A stretch of 64,000 nucleotides of DNA from an uncultured delta proteobacterium (GTDB lineage: Bacteria > Desulfobacterota > Syntrophia > Syntrophales > Smithellaceae). Location: assembly GCA_963753975.1 (NCBI GenBank), contig CAVWEH010000002.1, forward strand, positions 416,001-480,000, given 5' to 3'. Position numbers and translations under genes: made by a program. A model generated the notes under the pieces. The model saw only the letters and a program-made list of their open reading frames with translations. It was not told where the DNA came from and made no database searches. Of this stretch, positions 51,973 through 63,029 are shown piece after piece (within the stretch, counting starts at the first letter, position 1; each line of letters starts with the position of its first letter).

Positions 51973-52587
51973 TTAATTAAGCTTTTTTACGTATTTTTTT
52001 AAAACATTTATAAGCTTTTTTTCTTTTCCCAGATAAAAATGATCGGCACCGGGAACTATCATCAATTTTGCCTGTATTTCCTTAATTTGTTTTTTTATAG
52101 CTTCCAGATCACAAAACTGATCCTGATCTCCACAAATAATTAAACCGATATTATCGGTTAATTTTGCCCAATCAAAATCAAAATAATTATTGGGCGGTGA
52201 AACAAATACGCTGTCCGTGAAAATATCGCTATTTCGCTCCATGACCCTTGACCCGACCCAGGAGCCAAAGGAATAACCGGCAAAGAATATCTTGGACAGT
52301 CCGGTATTTATTAAATATTCGCGGGCGGAAAGAATATCCTCCATTTCCCCTTTTCCTTCGTCATATATACCCGTACTTCGGCCAACACCGCGGAAATTAA
52401 ATCTCAATGTGGTAAAATTTTCGGCGCCAAATGCTTCCTGAATCGCTTCTACTACGTTGTTCTGCATGGAACCGCCCATAAGGGGATGCGGATGACAAAT
52501 AATGACTCCTCGTTGCCCCGAAGATTTATGCAATAAACCTTCGATTACCAGAGAATTATTTTTAATAAATATCCGCTCTTCCGGCAT
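51973..52587 (-). CDS. Alpha/beta hydrolase
   Basis: HPHPLMGGSM, RFNFRGVG, GYSFG, GADHF. Confidence 0.9.
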   Translation of the reverse strand: MPEERIFIKNNSLVIEGLLHKSSGQRGVIICHPHPLMGGSMQNNVVEAIQEAFGAENFTTLRFNFRGVGRSTGIYDEGKGEMEDILSAREYLINTGLSKIFFAGYSFGSWVGSRVMERNSDIFTDSVFVSPPNNYFDFDWAKLTDNIGLIICGDQDQFCDLEAIKKQIKEIQAKLMIVPGADHFYLGKEKKLINVLKKYVKKLN

Positions 52588-52594
52588 ACTTCCT

Positions 52595-53566
52595 TCATTC
52601 AGATCGAACCGTTAAATGACAGGCACAAAATCTTTCATCTTCAATTTGTTTTAAGACAGGCTCTTGTTCGGAACAAATCGCTCTCTTATCAGGACAACGG
52701 TTCTGAAAATCGCAGCCGCAATCATTATCCGCCCCCGCTTCACCTTTTATTGCCATTATCCTTCCTTTTCCTGCCGGATTGCACCCGGGCAGGGCCGAGA
52801 GCAGCATCCGCGTATACGGGTGAAACGGATGCTCATAAATCTCTCTCGTTCCCGCTAATTCCACAATCCGGCCTAAATACATAACGGCAATGCGATCGGA
52901 CATATGACGAATCACATTAAGATCGTGAGAAATGAATAAATAAGTCAGGCCAAAATCCTGCTTTAAATCTTTGAGCAAATTCAGAATCTGAGCCTGAATG
53001 GACACATCCAAAGCGGAAACGGGCTCATCGGCAATAATCAATTCGGGCTTAAGAACAAGCGCCCGCGCTATTCCGATACGCTGTCTCTGTCCGCCGCTGA
53101 ACTCATGCGGATAACGATTCGCCTGTTCTTTTCCGAGACCGACTTTCCCCATCAATTCGGCCACAGCTTCCTGGCGCTCCCCTTTATTGCCGACTCGATG
53201 TATGGTTAAGGGTTCTTTGATTATGCTTGCCGCCGATTTACGGGGGTTGAGAGAGGAATATGGATCCTGAAATATTAATTGCACATTGCGGCGGTATGCT
53301 TTTAGGGTTTTTCTATCATATAAAAAAATATCTTCGCCTTTAAAATAAATATTACCGGAGGAAGGTTTTTCCAATCTGACAATCAGGCGAGCGAGAGTGG
53401 ATTTTCCACAACCGGATTCGCCGACCAGGCCCAATGTTTCTCCTTTATATATTTGCAAACTGACATTATTTACAGCGGGAATAACTCTTTTCTTGGAATT
53501 CAATATCCCGCTCTCCAAACTATATTTTTTATTTAATTTCCGAATTGCAATTAATGATGGGGTCAT
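52595..53566 (-). CDS. Oligopeptide/dipeptide ABC transporter ATPase (OppF/DppF-like)
   Basis: GESGCGKS, FSGGQRQR, DEPVSALD, HPYT, Cys-rich C-terminus. Confidence 0.92.
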   Translation of the reverse strand: MTPSLIAIRKLNKKYSLESGILNSKKRVIPAVNNVSLQIYKGETLGLVGESGCGKSTLARLIVRLEKPSSGNIYFKGEDIFLYDRKTLKAYRRNVQLIFQDPYSSLNPRKSAASIIKEPLTIHRVGNKGERQEAVAELMGKVGLGKEQANRYPHEFSGGQRQRIGIARALVLKPELIIADEPVSALDVSIQAQILNLLKDLKQDFGLTYLFISHDLNVIRHMSDRIAVMYLGRIVELAGTREIYEHPFHPYTRMLLSALPGCNPAGKGRIMAIKGEAGADNDCGCDFQNRCPDKRAICSEQEPVLKQIEDERFCACHLTVRSE

Positions 53567-53576
53567 TTGGTATCAG

Positions 53577-54578
53577 TTAATTTGGTTTTCCTTCTTTTTG
53601 TATGTCGGATTTCCGGCACGCGACAAAATGCCCCGGCTCGATTTCATTCAGCAATGGCTCTTCTTCGCCGCAGTGCTTATCCGCATAAGAACACCTCTCA
53701 GAGAAACGACAGCCGGGAGCAAGATTGTACAAACTGGGAACAGATCCCGGAATGGTCTGGAGATATGTCCTCTGCTCTTTATCCGAGCCTGCGCACCGGG
53801 CCGGAAGCGAAGCGATCAAACCTTGGGTATAGGGGTGCGAGGGCTTTATGAAAATTTGTTCGACAGTCGCACTCTCGACGATTTTACCGGCATACATTAC
53901 CGCAATCTTCCGGGCCTCCTGAGAAATAACGCCCAGATCATGCGAAATCAAGACAACCGTCATTTGATTTTTTTTCTTGAGCTCGGAAATCAGATTCAAA
54001 ATTTGCGCCTGGATAGTAACATCGAGCGCAGTGGTGGGTTCATCGGCTAAAAGCAGCCGGGGATGGCAGGACATGGCCATCGCTATCATTACCCGCTGGC
54101 GCATCCCGCCGCTCAACTGATGCGGGTAATCTTGCGCCCGCTTTTCCGGATCGGGAATTCCTACTTCCCGCAATTGCTCGCGAGCCAGCGCCAGGGCATC
54201 TTTTGCCGGAAGGTTTCTATGCAGTCGGACAGCTTCGGCGATTTGTTCTCCGACACGAAATACCGGGTTTAGTGAAGTCATTGGTTCCTGAAAGATCATG
54301 GCAATTTCGCTGCCGCGTTTGGCGCGCATTTCTTCAGAGGACAGTGCTAATAAATCCCCGCCGGAAAATAACACCTGGCCATTAATGATTTTGCCGTTTG
54401 TGGGGAGGAGGCGCATAATAGAAAGAGCGAGCATTGTTTTTCCACAGCCGGATTCGCCGACAATCCCCAGCGTTTCGCCGGAATCAATGCTTAACGATAC
54501 TCCATCAACAGCTTTAATTCTTCCCCGGGCGGTATCAAATATCGTCACTAAATCTTTTATTTGCAAAAGCGGCGCCAT
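53577..54578 (-). CDS. Oligopeptide/dipeptide ABC transporter ATPase (OppD/DppD-like)
   Basis: [24 protein letters not shown]; start moved to MAPLLQ just after pepA. Confidence 0.92.
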   Translation of the reverse strand: MAPLLQIKDLVTIFDTARGRIKAVDGVSLSIDSGETLGIVGESGCGKTMLALSIMRLLPTNGKIINGQVLFSGGDLLALSSEEMRAKRGSEIAMIFQEPMTSLNPVFRVGEQIAEAVRLHRNLPAKDALALAREQLREVGIPDPEKRAQDYPHQLSGGMRQRVMIAMAMSCHPRLLLADEPTTALDVTIQAQILNLISELKKKNQMTVVLISHDLGVISQEARKIAVMYAGKIVESATVEQIFIKPSHPYTQGLIASLPARCAGSDKEQRTYLQTIPGSVPSLYNLAPGCRFSERCSYADKHCGEEEPLLNEIEPGHFVACRKSDIQKEGKPN

Positions 54579-54582
54579 AGAT

Positions 54583-56097
54583 TTAATTTCCGGCGCGATT
54601 GCACAAAAATTCAACCAGCAACCGTACAGCAACTCCCGATGCCCCTTTGGGGATGTAATCTTTATCCTTATCGGTCCAGGCCGGGCCGGCGATATCCAAA
54701 TGCACCCAGGGAAAATCTCCCACAAATTTGCTTAAAAACGCCGCGGCGGTGATTGTACCGGCTGCGCGTCCGCCGCTGTTTTTATAATCGGCAATATCGC
54801 TTTTGATTTGCTCATGATATTTTTCCCACAAAGGCAGTTCCCAAACAAGTTCGCCGGTCGTTTGGGCGGCCTTATTTATTTCACTTTTGAGCTGATCATT
54901 GGTGCCCAGCATACCGATTACATCATCTCCCAGCGCAATGATACAGGCACCGGTAAGAGTGGCAACATCAATAATCGCCGCCGGCTTATATTGGGAAGCG
55001 TAGGCCAGCGCGTCGGCTAAAATCAGCCGGCCTTCGGCGTCGGTATTGATAACTTCAATAGTTTTCCCGGAATATGATTTCAAAATATCGCCCGGTTTAT
55101 AAGCCGTACCGCTGGGCATATTTTCCGTGGCCGGAATAAGCCCGACAATGTTGAGCGGCAATTGCAAATCAGAGGCGGCCATAATTGTGCCCATTACCGC
55201 GGCTCCGCCGGACATATCCGATTTCATTTCGTCCATCTTCTCGGCGGGCTTGAGGCAAATTCCTCCGCTATCGAAAGTCAATCCTTTGCCCACCAGCGCA
55301 ATGGGCGCTACGTTTTTTTTGCCGCCGGTATATTCCAGGATAATGAATTTTGGTTCCTGATTGCTTCCGGAGGCTACTCCCAGCAGAGAATTCATCCCCA
55401 GCTCTTTCATTTTGACTTTATCCAACACTTTGCAGGAAACATTTTTCCGAGCGGCAATTCCTTGCGCCTTTTTCGCGAGAACTGTCGGCGTCATTTCGTT
55501 TCCCGGGGCGGAAACCAGGTCGCGCGTAAAATATACGGCTTCGGTAATCACCTGTGTTTTTTTAATTGTGGCCGCGATCAGAGAATAATCTTTTTCTTCG
55601 GCGATAATATTCAATTGTTCCATACTTTTTAAATCGTCGCGATCAACAGTTTTGAAAGGCGTGTATTGATAAAGCCCTAAAAGGGCTCCTTCTGCTACGG
55701 CTTGCGCAATTTTATCTTTGGCGTGGGGAATAAGATTCCAATCAATGGAAGTTGCCGCCTCTTTGATGTTTATACTGCGTAAATGCTGCATTACTCTGGC
55801 CAAGGCGATACGAAGTTTTTCCAGATTAAATTCGCCTTGTTTGCCTAAGCCAACCAGGGCGATTCTTTTTGCCGGGAGCATTTCTCTGGTATAGATTACG
55901 GATATTTGGGAGGGTTTGGCCTCAAAATCATGGTTAGCAATCAATTCGCTGATTAATCCGCCGGTTTTTTGATCAATCTGCAACGCGTTGCCGGTCAATT
56001 TCTTTTGGTCTTCAAACAACGCTAAAATAATGGCCTGACTTTTTGTTTCAGCAAGCTTCCCCTTCTGGACAGATATTTTCACCTCGATCCTCCTCAT
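54583..56097 (-). CDS. pepA: Leucyl aminopeptidase (M17)
   Basis: VGKGLTFDSGG, MKSDMSG, NTDAEGRL, ATLTGA. Confidence 0.95.
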   Translation of the reverse strand: MRRIEVKISVQKGKLAETKSQAIILALFEDQKKLTGNALQIDQKTGGLISELIANHDFEAKPSQISVIYTREMLPAKRIALVGLGKQGEFNLEKLRIALARVMQHLRSINIKEAATSIDWNLIPHAKDKIAQAVAEGALLGLYQYTPFKTVDRDDLKSMEQLNIIAEEKDYSLIAATIKKTQVITEAVYFTRDLVSAPGNEMTPTVLAKKAQGIAARKNVSCKVLDKVKMKELGMNSLLGVASGSNQEPKFIILEYTGGKKNVAPIALVGKGLTFDSGGICLKPAEKMDEMKSDMSGGAAVMGTIMAASDLQLPLNIVGLIPATENMPSGTAYKPGDILKSYSGKTIEVINTDAEGRLILADALAYASQYKPAAIIDVATLTGACIIALGDDVIGMLGTNDQLKSEINKAAQTTGELVWELPLWEKYHEQIKSDIADYKNSGGRAAGTITAAAFLSKFVGDFPWVHLDIAGPAWTDKDKDYIPKGASGVAVRLLVEFLCNRAGN

Positions 56098-56289
56098 TTG
56101 TTCCCGTAAAAAGGTTTAGTTATTAAATATATCTTTGCGGAAGATAGCATATAGCCCTAAAAAGTCAATCCCGCAGCTGGGAATCCGCCAGCTCCGGCCG
56201 CAATGGGAAAACTCCGTGAGTCGCGGGAGATCGCATTAATTTTTAGGGAGCCACCGGCTCCTGCTCGGAGGGGGCTCCACTGATCGGAC

Positions 56290-56515
56290 GGCACCCACGG
56301 GTATGAAGTCCAAGGCAAGCTTTGGACCCGAACTTCATCCCAAGGAAAGGGATATTATCCCCTTGCTCATGAGTGACAATTCGGATAATAAATTCTGATA
56401 CATTTTTTTCGGAATTTGAGTCTCATACCCTCCGCTTTGCGGGATTGTTCAACTTGCCAATTTCGACGTGTGACCTTTAGGTTATGCGCTTCGCTTTCGG
56501 AATTGGAGTTTCACG
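56290..56515. repeat. Mosaic intergenic repeat / REP-like cluster
   Basis: CACGGGTATGAA..CCAA.GCAAG.TTTGG, GAGTCTCATA and GTGACCTTTAGGTTAT motifs. Confidence 0.6.
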
Positions 56516-56544
56516 AATGAAAAATCGAGGAAATATGTTGGTAT

Positions 56545-57444
56545 TTACTGCAAGGTTATAGCGTTGCGGCGCAGGCAGGCGCTAATGTTTTTCTCATTAG
56601 TCTTTAAAATGAATTTCAGGTAATTGATGTTTTTTTCTATCGCTTCGGCATAAAGATTTCTTTCGATGTTCCATCTTTCCCGGAAATGATTAACCATATG
56701 CCGATTGACGTTGCCCAAATCTTTCTCCAGGCGGGTCTTGGTAATATAATAAAAATTGGTGGTTTTTTTCAAAAGATCAAACTCGTCTTGAAAACCGGGA
56801 ACTTTGCCTTCCTCAAATTCATGAAAGAGGGGAATCAGTTTTTCCAGATAAAGCCTGTCGGCCATCTGCCCCAGCAAGTCCGCCGTTCCGAGAATCTTGC
56901 CGATAATCTCTATATTGGCCGAGGAAAAAGTAATTTTCTTAATGTCTATGCTTAGACCGGTGCAATTCAATATGTCCGCAAAGTTCTCTAAATCGCCCCG
57001 AAAATACTTTTCCTGTGCGTAATAGTCCTGTACAAACATTATGCTTCTTTTGATGTGCACAAGAGTGTATTTGGCGCCGGTGCCGGCATTATCATCTTCC
57101 GGTTGAATATAGCCAGTATCGTGCATCAGCGCGCTGATCAAGCCCAGATTTATTTCCTTATCCGTAAACTTTATCCCCTGCAAGGAAGCGCCGTGAATCA
57201 GACGCGCCATGGCCAGAAGAACCTGCATGGTGTGCCGGACGTCATGGTAACCAGTGTTGCATGAGCGATATCCGGGATAATGCCCGCGAAATAATCTTTC
57301 TACATCGCGGAAAGCCCGGTCAAAATATTGAAAATCAAACTGAGGATTAATCAAAGAGGTAATAAACTTAACCTCTCTGATAATCGCGTTATTGTCGCGA
57401 ATATCCAAAAGTTTAATCTTCAAAGAATTATCGTCATTCATCAC
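56545..57444 (-). CDS. HD-domain metal-dependent phosphohydrolase
   Basis: YHDVRHT, LMHDTGY, GTADLLGQMA. Confidence 0.85.
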   Translation of the reverse strand: MMNDDNSLKIKLLDIRDNNAIIREVKFITSLINPQFDFQYFDRAFRDVERLFRGHYPGYRSCNTGYHDVRHTMQVLLAMARLIHGASLQGIKFTDKEINLGLISALMHDTGYIQPEDDNAGTGAKYTLVHIKRSIMFVQDYYAQEKYFRGDLENFADILNCTGLSIDIKKITFSSANIEIIGKILGTADLLGQMADRLYLEKLIPLFHEFEEGKVPGFQDEFDLLKKTTNFYYITKTRLEKDLGNVNRHMVNHFRERWNIERNLYAEAIEKNINYLKFILKTNEKNISACLRRNAITLQ

Positions 57445-57590
57445 TATTGATAGATTTCCTAACGGTATTTATAGAGCTAAACTCCAGCTGCTTGTCCGAC
57501 AACACAACCCGATACATAACCTAATACACTAAAGAGCACGCAAGGTCATACGTGCCTGGACAGGCCGGTGAAATCCAGTCCTAACTTTCC

Positions 57591-57623
57591 CTGTCCTTCT
57601 CCGGCAAAACCGGAGAAGGACAG
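57591..57623. terminator. Perfect 14-bp inverted repeat downstream of the adhesin gene (terminator-like)
   Basis: CTGTCCTTCTCCGG-CAAAA-CCGGAGAAGGACAG. Confidence 0.55.
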
Positions 57624-57701
57624 AAGACCATAAATTTTCCATATCAGCTTTTGTAAACCCGGCAACGACAAGCAATACTCTCTACTCCTTTTGTCTTTTG
57701 C

Positions 57702-59740
57702 TTAACGGTCACTGACGGTATCATTTGCACCGTTGTAGTAAACCGAACAATTGCCGTTACCGCCATTGGCGACAATATCGACGTTCATCGCCGCCGTGTA
57801 GTCAATAGAACCTAGCGCAGTGCCGCAACTACCGTTGGTCGTGTTATACCTGGTTACTGTTTCGCCCGGAGCCAGTCGATAGGTATTGGTTGTAATTTGA
57901 CCGCCGCTAGCTACTTGCCGGCACCCTGATCCGGTAACTCTAAAGTCACGCGTGCCGCCGGTATTATTATACACTGTATAATTCACGCAGCCGACATAGT
58001 AAGTAGCCGAGCAGGTACTGCTGCCGTTGGCATTGGTGACCGTCAGCGTATCGGTTATCGCTCCGGCAGTGGTCTGAGTTGCCGTTATGCAGGAGCCACC
58101 GGTGGAATTGGTAAAGGTTGTGCATGCTCCGAGCCGCGTACCCGTAAAACTGCCATTGGCAGGACCGTTGGCAATCGTCCAGGTAAGGGTCGGTGTGGCG
58201 TTATAGGGCACGATGTTCGCGCTGGCCATAAGCGTACAGGTCGGCGGACCGGCGGCCTGAGTCACTGTAAATATCTGACCGCCGATGGTTATCGTGCCGG
58301 TTCTTGCTGCGCCGGTATTGGCGGCAATGCTGTAGGTCACCGTTCCGGGGCCGGTGCCGCTGGCGCCGCCGGTAACCGTAATCCAGGAGTTGTTGCTCAC
58401 TGCCGTCCAGGCGCACGAGGCGGAAGCTGTCGTTACAGCGACGGTTTGACCGGCGGCGGCGCTATAGGTATACGATGCGCTGGTAGGATTGATCGAACTA
58501 GGGGGAAAATAAAAAACAAAGTTATTAATCTGAATATTTTCTGTCGCACCTCCGGTGCCTACAGTGAAACCGAAAAGAATATTATTGAAAAGTGTATTGA
58601 GCGCCGCATTTAGTATTTGTGTCCTATCTATTTTCGGCAGGTAACTACTATTATTATAGGGATTAAAAACATCCTGGAAATAAACATATTCACTAACGGG
58701 ACAAGCGGTGCAGGGTGTAGCTGTACACGATTCACAATCAACCCAGGCTTTCATTTCATAGGAATAAGTGGCTGGTATTCGGATAACTTCAATGCGGACA
58801 CGATGGGTTTGGTTGTCTTCCAGCCAGTTGTATGTGGACGTACCTTTGGCCCGTTCGTAATAGCCGCCCAATCCGGATCCATTTCCAGTGGATGCTGAAT
58901 TATAGGGAGATGCAGTAGTCCCCGCGCCGGCGCCATGGATGTTGTCATCGAAACTGGCCTGAGGAAAGCAGGTGGGGCACGGGCCCGTTGGGCACGCAGT
59001 GGAGCCCGTTGCACACATAGTGGTCGCGGCTGGATTGGCACCCCAAAACAGCACCGCAATATGATTATTAGCAGTATCATTTCTGCCGCCGCTGCAGCCG
59101 TTATCTGTCATGACGGTGGTATTCGCATAGGTGTCGAATTCCAGCGCCATTTTGGGAGGTTGCAAACCTAGTCCATCCAGGGGTGGCGGTGTTGGGTGGG
59201 GTGAGTCTGATGAAGCGGCCGTATTACCCGGTCCCGCATAGCCATTTAATTCACCCATGTTGACTGTTGCGTTAGGGGAACCGCCTCTAAAAGTTATATT
59301 ATTATTGGAAGCATTAATTATGGTGAAATTAAAGCCGTCGCCATAGGTACCGGCACTATCCGGTGTAGTGATTATGAATTCAAAATAAGCCCGAAAACCA
59401 AGGCCAAAAGGGCATACTCCATTAGTGCAGGCGTTACAAGTACCGGTAGTTGTTCCGCCGTACCAGATAGCGCCCGAGCCACCGCTAACATTGTTCCCCA
59501 GGACTATGGTCCCCGTGTTTGGATCAACTGTAATTGCAGAGGAGTAGGGGTAGGGGGATTTGCATTAACAATCGGCGGAAAGGCTGAACCGCCCGGCGGT
59601 GTAAATGGTGGACCACCCGCCGACACCTGAATATTTCTATCCCAGGTATACGCAGTAATCGTTTTCTGCGCTGCCGGTAAAGTTGCCGGTAAATTAAGAA
59701 TAATTAATAAAGTAATAAAAATAATAGTTATCTTTTTCAT
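57702..59740 (-). CDS. Secreted adhesin-like protein (L-type lectin-like, BACON, Cys/Thr-rich); frameshift near 59505-59550
   Basis: AGGAGG SD and signal peptide at 59740; the frame of ORF 57702-59258 extends upstream through GAIWY, FRAYFEF, GDGFNF, then ALEFDTY and NHIAV; BACON-like CAWTAVSNNSWIT..RTGTITIGGQIFTVTQ. Confidence 0.7.
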
Positions 59741-59773
59741 ACTTTCCTCCTGAAAGCGTTGTTTTTCAACTTT

Positions 59774-60764
59774 CTACTGGCCGTAAGTTGACGCTGATCT
59801 AAAGCCTACGCTCTTTCCCACGTATATTTGTGTTACTCCACTGATAGCAGTTAAAGGCCATTGCGGGTTCGGGAGTGTCGCGCCGGCAATGGGCTGGATG
59901 TTAGTTAATCTAACCGTATGCTGGTGTGGAAGTATCGCGCAAATCATAAGAATACTGAGACCATATAGCAGCGTTCAACACAAATATAGTCCCTTTTTGG
60001 GGAGGAAATATTTTTGCCGTAAGATCATTAGTATCCGCTGAATCCAAAGTCAGATATCAGGTCGCCTCCCTGACTGACAGTTTGCGGCGTGGAAGTATAG
60101 GTATTATTACCTATATAAAATTCATCACCCGCGTAAATTTGGTTCGGTGCAACCGGGAACGACGGAATTGAGAAAGTAACCGGTGTGCCGCCACTGGCAG
60201 CGTTAAAAGCGTATGGACAGGTGAAACAGTGGTATAAGAAACGAAAGTGGTAGTGGGATCGCCTACCCATGCCGAAGGTCTGCCTGCACGTACATCCTCT
60301 ATTTTAAGAAGACCGGTGGCGGGGAAAGTTATTGCCGTGGTACCGGTATCATCTATGGGCGGTACAGCGCCGGGTAAGTAAAGAGTTATCGAACTTGTCG
60401 GCACTGGTATAGCGGCAGGAGCATATAACCAGTAAGGATAAATTTGTATTTGAATAGTGCTGACGTTGTCCGGCATTGTAAATGTTTGGTTGTGAAGATT
60501 AGCCAATTTATTATCAGCAACTGTAGTACTTGTGTGGAGAGCAGCCTTGTATTCACTGGCCGCAATCCTTATGCCCGATTCCGCTAAATAAAATGCCTTC
60601 GCTGCCCTCTGGGCGATAACCTGATTTAAAGTAGCGGTGAATGTCAGTGCATACAGTGCAATGCCGAGAACAGCTATGACGAGCATCGCAATGATGATAA
60701 TTAATAAAGCGGCGCCCGCTTGTTTTCTTCTTCCGGCAATGTATTTCATTTTAAATTGATTCAT
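59774..60764 (-). CDS. PilX/GspK-like minor pilin, frameshifted
   Basis: QAGAALLIIIIAMLVIAVLG prepilin-like leader without E5; AFYLAESG; continues in other frames (60028-60270) to a stop near 59774. Confidence 0.65.
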
Positions 60765-60779
60765 ATATTTTAATTTTTT

Positions 60780-61394
60780 TTAGTTGAGCTGCGGTGCATT
60801 GGGAACACCGTTTGCCCGGGGATTTATCGTACCTTTGTAATCTAAATGATTGCCGCTGCTCAAAATATCCAGAGAAATCCAGACTTGTATTGTTCCCAGA
60901 TAATTTGCATTGCCATTACTATTGCCAAATCCATCTGCTGTACTCCAGGCCGCTGTTCCAGTTGATCGAAAATAGCTAAGGAAAGGATTGCCGCCGTTAT
61001 TGGCGGTTAATCCATTAATTAAAACTTGTGCCGCTACTACCGGATTTGTTCCCTCCAGTGTTATTTGATTGCTGGTATTGTCTCTCTTAATACTATACTG
61101 ACACCCTGCCGGTAAGGCCACGGTGCACGATGGCACTGTTTTTTGGGTCAGTGTATAATCAATTCGATCGGCAGAAGCGAATGTTACGGCCGTAATATCG
61201 GTAATCTCTCTATTGATACGCGCCATCGCCAACTGTGCTTTTTGCGATACTTGGTCGGCATCACGGGCAAAAACAAAACTTTGCACGCCATAAATGATGG
61301 CGCTGCTTAAAACAACTGCCATAATGCCTAGAATTATAAGGACTACGATTATTTCAATTAGTGTAAAGCCCCATTCGCCCTTTAATTGTTTCAT
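60780..61394 (-). CDS. Prepilin-type minor pilin (PilW/PulJ-like)
   Basis: GFTLIEII N-methylation motif. Confidence 0.85.
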   Translation of the reverse strand: MKQLKGEWGFTLIEIIVVLIILGIMAVVLSSAIIYGVQSFVFARDADQVSQKAQLAMARINREITDITAVTFASADRIDYTLTQKTVPSCTVALPAGCQYSIKRDNTSNQITLEGTNPVVAAQVLINGLTANNGGNPFLSYFRSTGTAAWSTADGFGNSNGNANYLGTIQVWISLDILSSGNHLDYKGTINPRANGVPNAPQLN

Positions 61395-61401
61395 TTCTCA
61401 C

Positions 61402-61796
61402 CTATGGCGTAAATATACTCTGTAGTGTTTGCTGCCCATCGGTCAAAGTTACCAGAAGGACATTTTGCGTTGTAAAAGTTCCGTCGTTGCTTTTCAGTGT
61501 AAAAGTACACATGTATTGGCGGCATCAACAAAGTCCTGTCCGTCAACATTTCCTGTTTTAAAGGCACCACATAAATCAGTTATTGTGCCGCCACCTGTTT
61601 GCAGCGCCTGCCGATAATTACTGGTTATAATTTCCATTTGCTGAATGATCTTATACTGATTGTTTACTAAACCGGCGGCGGCAGGGCTTTGCGTAAATGA
61701 TTTACCCATATAAGAGGCAAAAAGCGCCGCGGCTACAGCCACAATAGTAATAATTACAATGACTTCAATAAGAGTAAAACCTCGGCTTCGCTTCAT
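61402..61796 (-). CDS. Prepilin-type minor pilin (PilV-like); frameshift near 61500
   Basis: GFTLIEVI; alternative frame continues LLVTLTDGQQTLQSIFTP to a stop at 61402. Confidence 0.75.
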
Positions 61797-62332
61797 TGTA
61801 TGTATCCTGTTAATGGCGTTATAGTTACGGCAATGTTAGGAGTAGCCGCATTAAGTGGCTGTACATTAATTATCGCAGGATTGGTATCGCTCACAGGTGT
61901 ATTATTTGTCGCGCTGACGTAGGCAGTGTAGGGAATCCCGCGATTATCGAAATAAATAGTAAAATTAGCAGTAAACTTAATTTGTTTTGTAGTAAGATTT
62001 ATAGTTCTATCGGGGTTAATGTACGTATCGTTTTCCGGCAGTCGTATATAGCTAGCAGGGTTTGCAGCGTTTGTTCCTTGAAAGAGCCAATAGCTACTGC
62101 CGTTGCTACTTATTCCCCAGATAGTTATACCGGCTTGGGGGTTTGAATTCATGGCTAATGTCTGGGCATAACGCAGATGTGATTTTAATACATCTGCGCC
62201 CCCATATACCTCGGCATCGTAATTGACGGAACGACTGACGGCAATAACTGCCAAAATGCCCAGCACGACCAGAATCGCGATAATCTCCAAAAGCGTAAAG
62301 CCTTTTTGTGTTATCTTAAAAATTTTCTGCAA
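61793..62332 (-). CDS. Prepilin-type minor pilin (FimT/GspH-like)
   Basis: GFTLLEII, LRYAQTLAM, IYFDNRGIP, ITPLTGYI. Confidence 0.85.
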   Translation of the reverse strand: MQKIFKITQKGFTLLEIIAILVVLGILAVIAVSRSVNYDAEVYGGADVLKSHLRYAQTLAMNSNPQAGITIWGISSNGSSYWLFQGTNAANPASYIRLPENDTYINPDRTINLTTKQIKFTANFTIYFDNRGIPYTAYVSATNNTPVSDTNPAIINVQPLNAATPNIAVTITPLTGYIQ

Positions 62333-62936
62333 AGTCGCTCCCCATAGTTAATAAACCTGATTTTATAAAATTCTGGATAGAACTTATTAATAAAATACCC
62401 AAGACGATGGCCAGTGTCGTGAAGCCAAGGGTGAAGGCTAAAGCCACCGGGAAAACAAGTATAAATTCCATAATGGCAGCGTTTAAGGCAATAAAAACCG
62501 TATGCGCGATAATTCCATACTGGGCAAAGATTATCGTTCGTGGTTTTTGTGATACCATTACCGCCATAGATATTATTAAAATAGCGCTCAAAATAGATAA
62601 ATAAGGCTGAACTCGTAACCACACATTAATATTGCTATGAATAAGGATATCTTCCATGCCCCAAATGACAAATAATCCCGTGAGCAAATAAAATAATCCG
62701 ATAATAAATAGGAGAAAGCTGCATTGCTTAGGAGACATAATTTTACCGGAAAGAAGGCCGACCGCATCAGAGCTGAGCTCACGAGGCTGGAATAAAAAGC
62801 GGTTAAATTTATACATGGCCCCACCTTCCACTTTCTTAACGCCAACCATTACTTGAGTGACTAAATTATCCGGTGGTTTAATTATTTTTTGACTCTCTAT
62901 TTTTTCCATCATATCGGCGAACTTTTCCATATTCAT
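62316..62936 (-). CDS. Membrane protein, putative anti-sigma factor
   Basis: PPDNLVTQVM N-terminal motif plus about 4 TMs; downstream of an ECF sigma gene. Confidence 0.55.
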   Translation of the reverse strand: MNMEKFADMMEKIESQKIIKPPDNLVTQVMVGVKKVEGGAMYKFNRFLFQPRELSSDAVGLLSGKIMSPKQCSFLLFIIGLFYLLTGLFVIWGMEDILIHSNINVWLRVQPYLSILSAILIISMAVMVSQKPRTIIFAQYGIIAHTVFIALNAAIMEFILVFPVALAFTLGFTTLAIVLGILLISSIQNFIKSGLLTMGSDFAENF

Positions 62937-63029
62937 ATTTTATCCTGAAATCTATTCCATTAAGATATACATATTTCAGCGGTAAATAGTCACAAAATAT
63001 TCTTTGCATCCTTTACCTCTACCTAACTG

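Noticed and set aside
98..62845. Numerous short ORFs antisense to or nested in confident genes
   Set aside because: Shadow ORFs of well-supported CDSs
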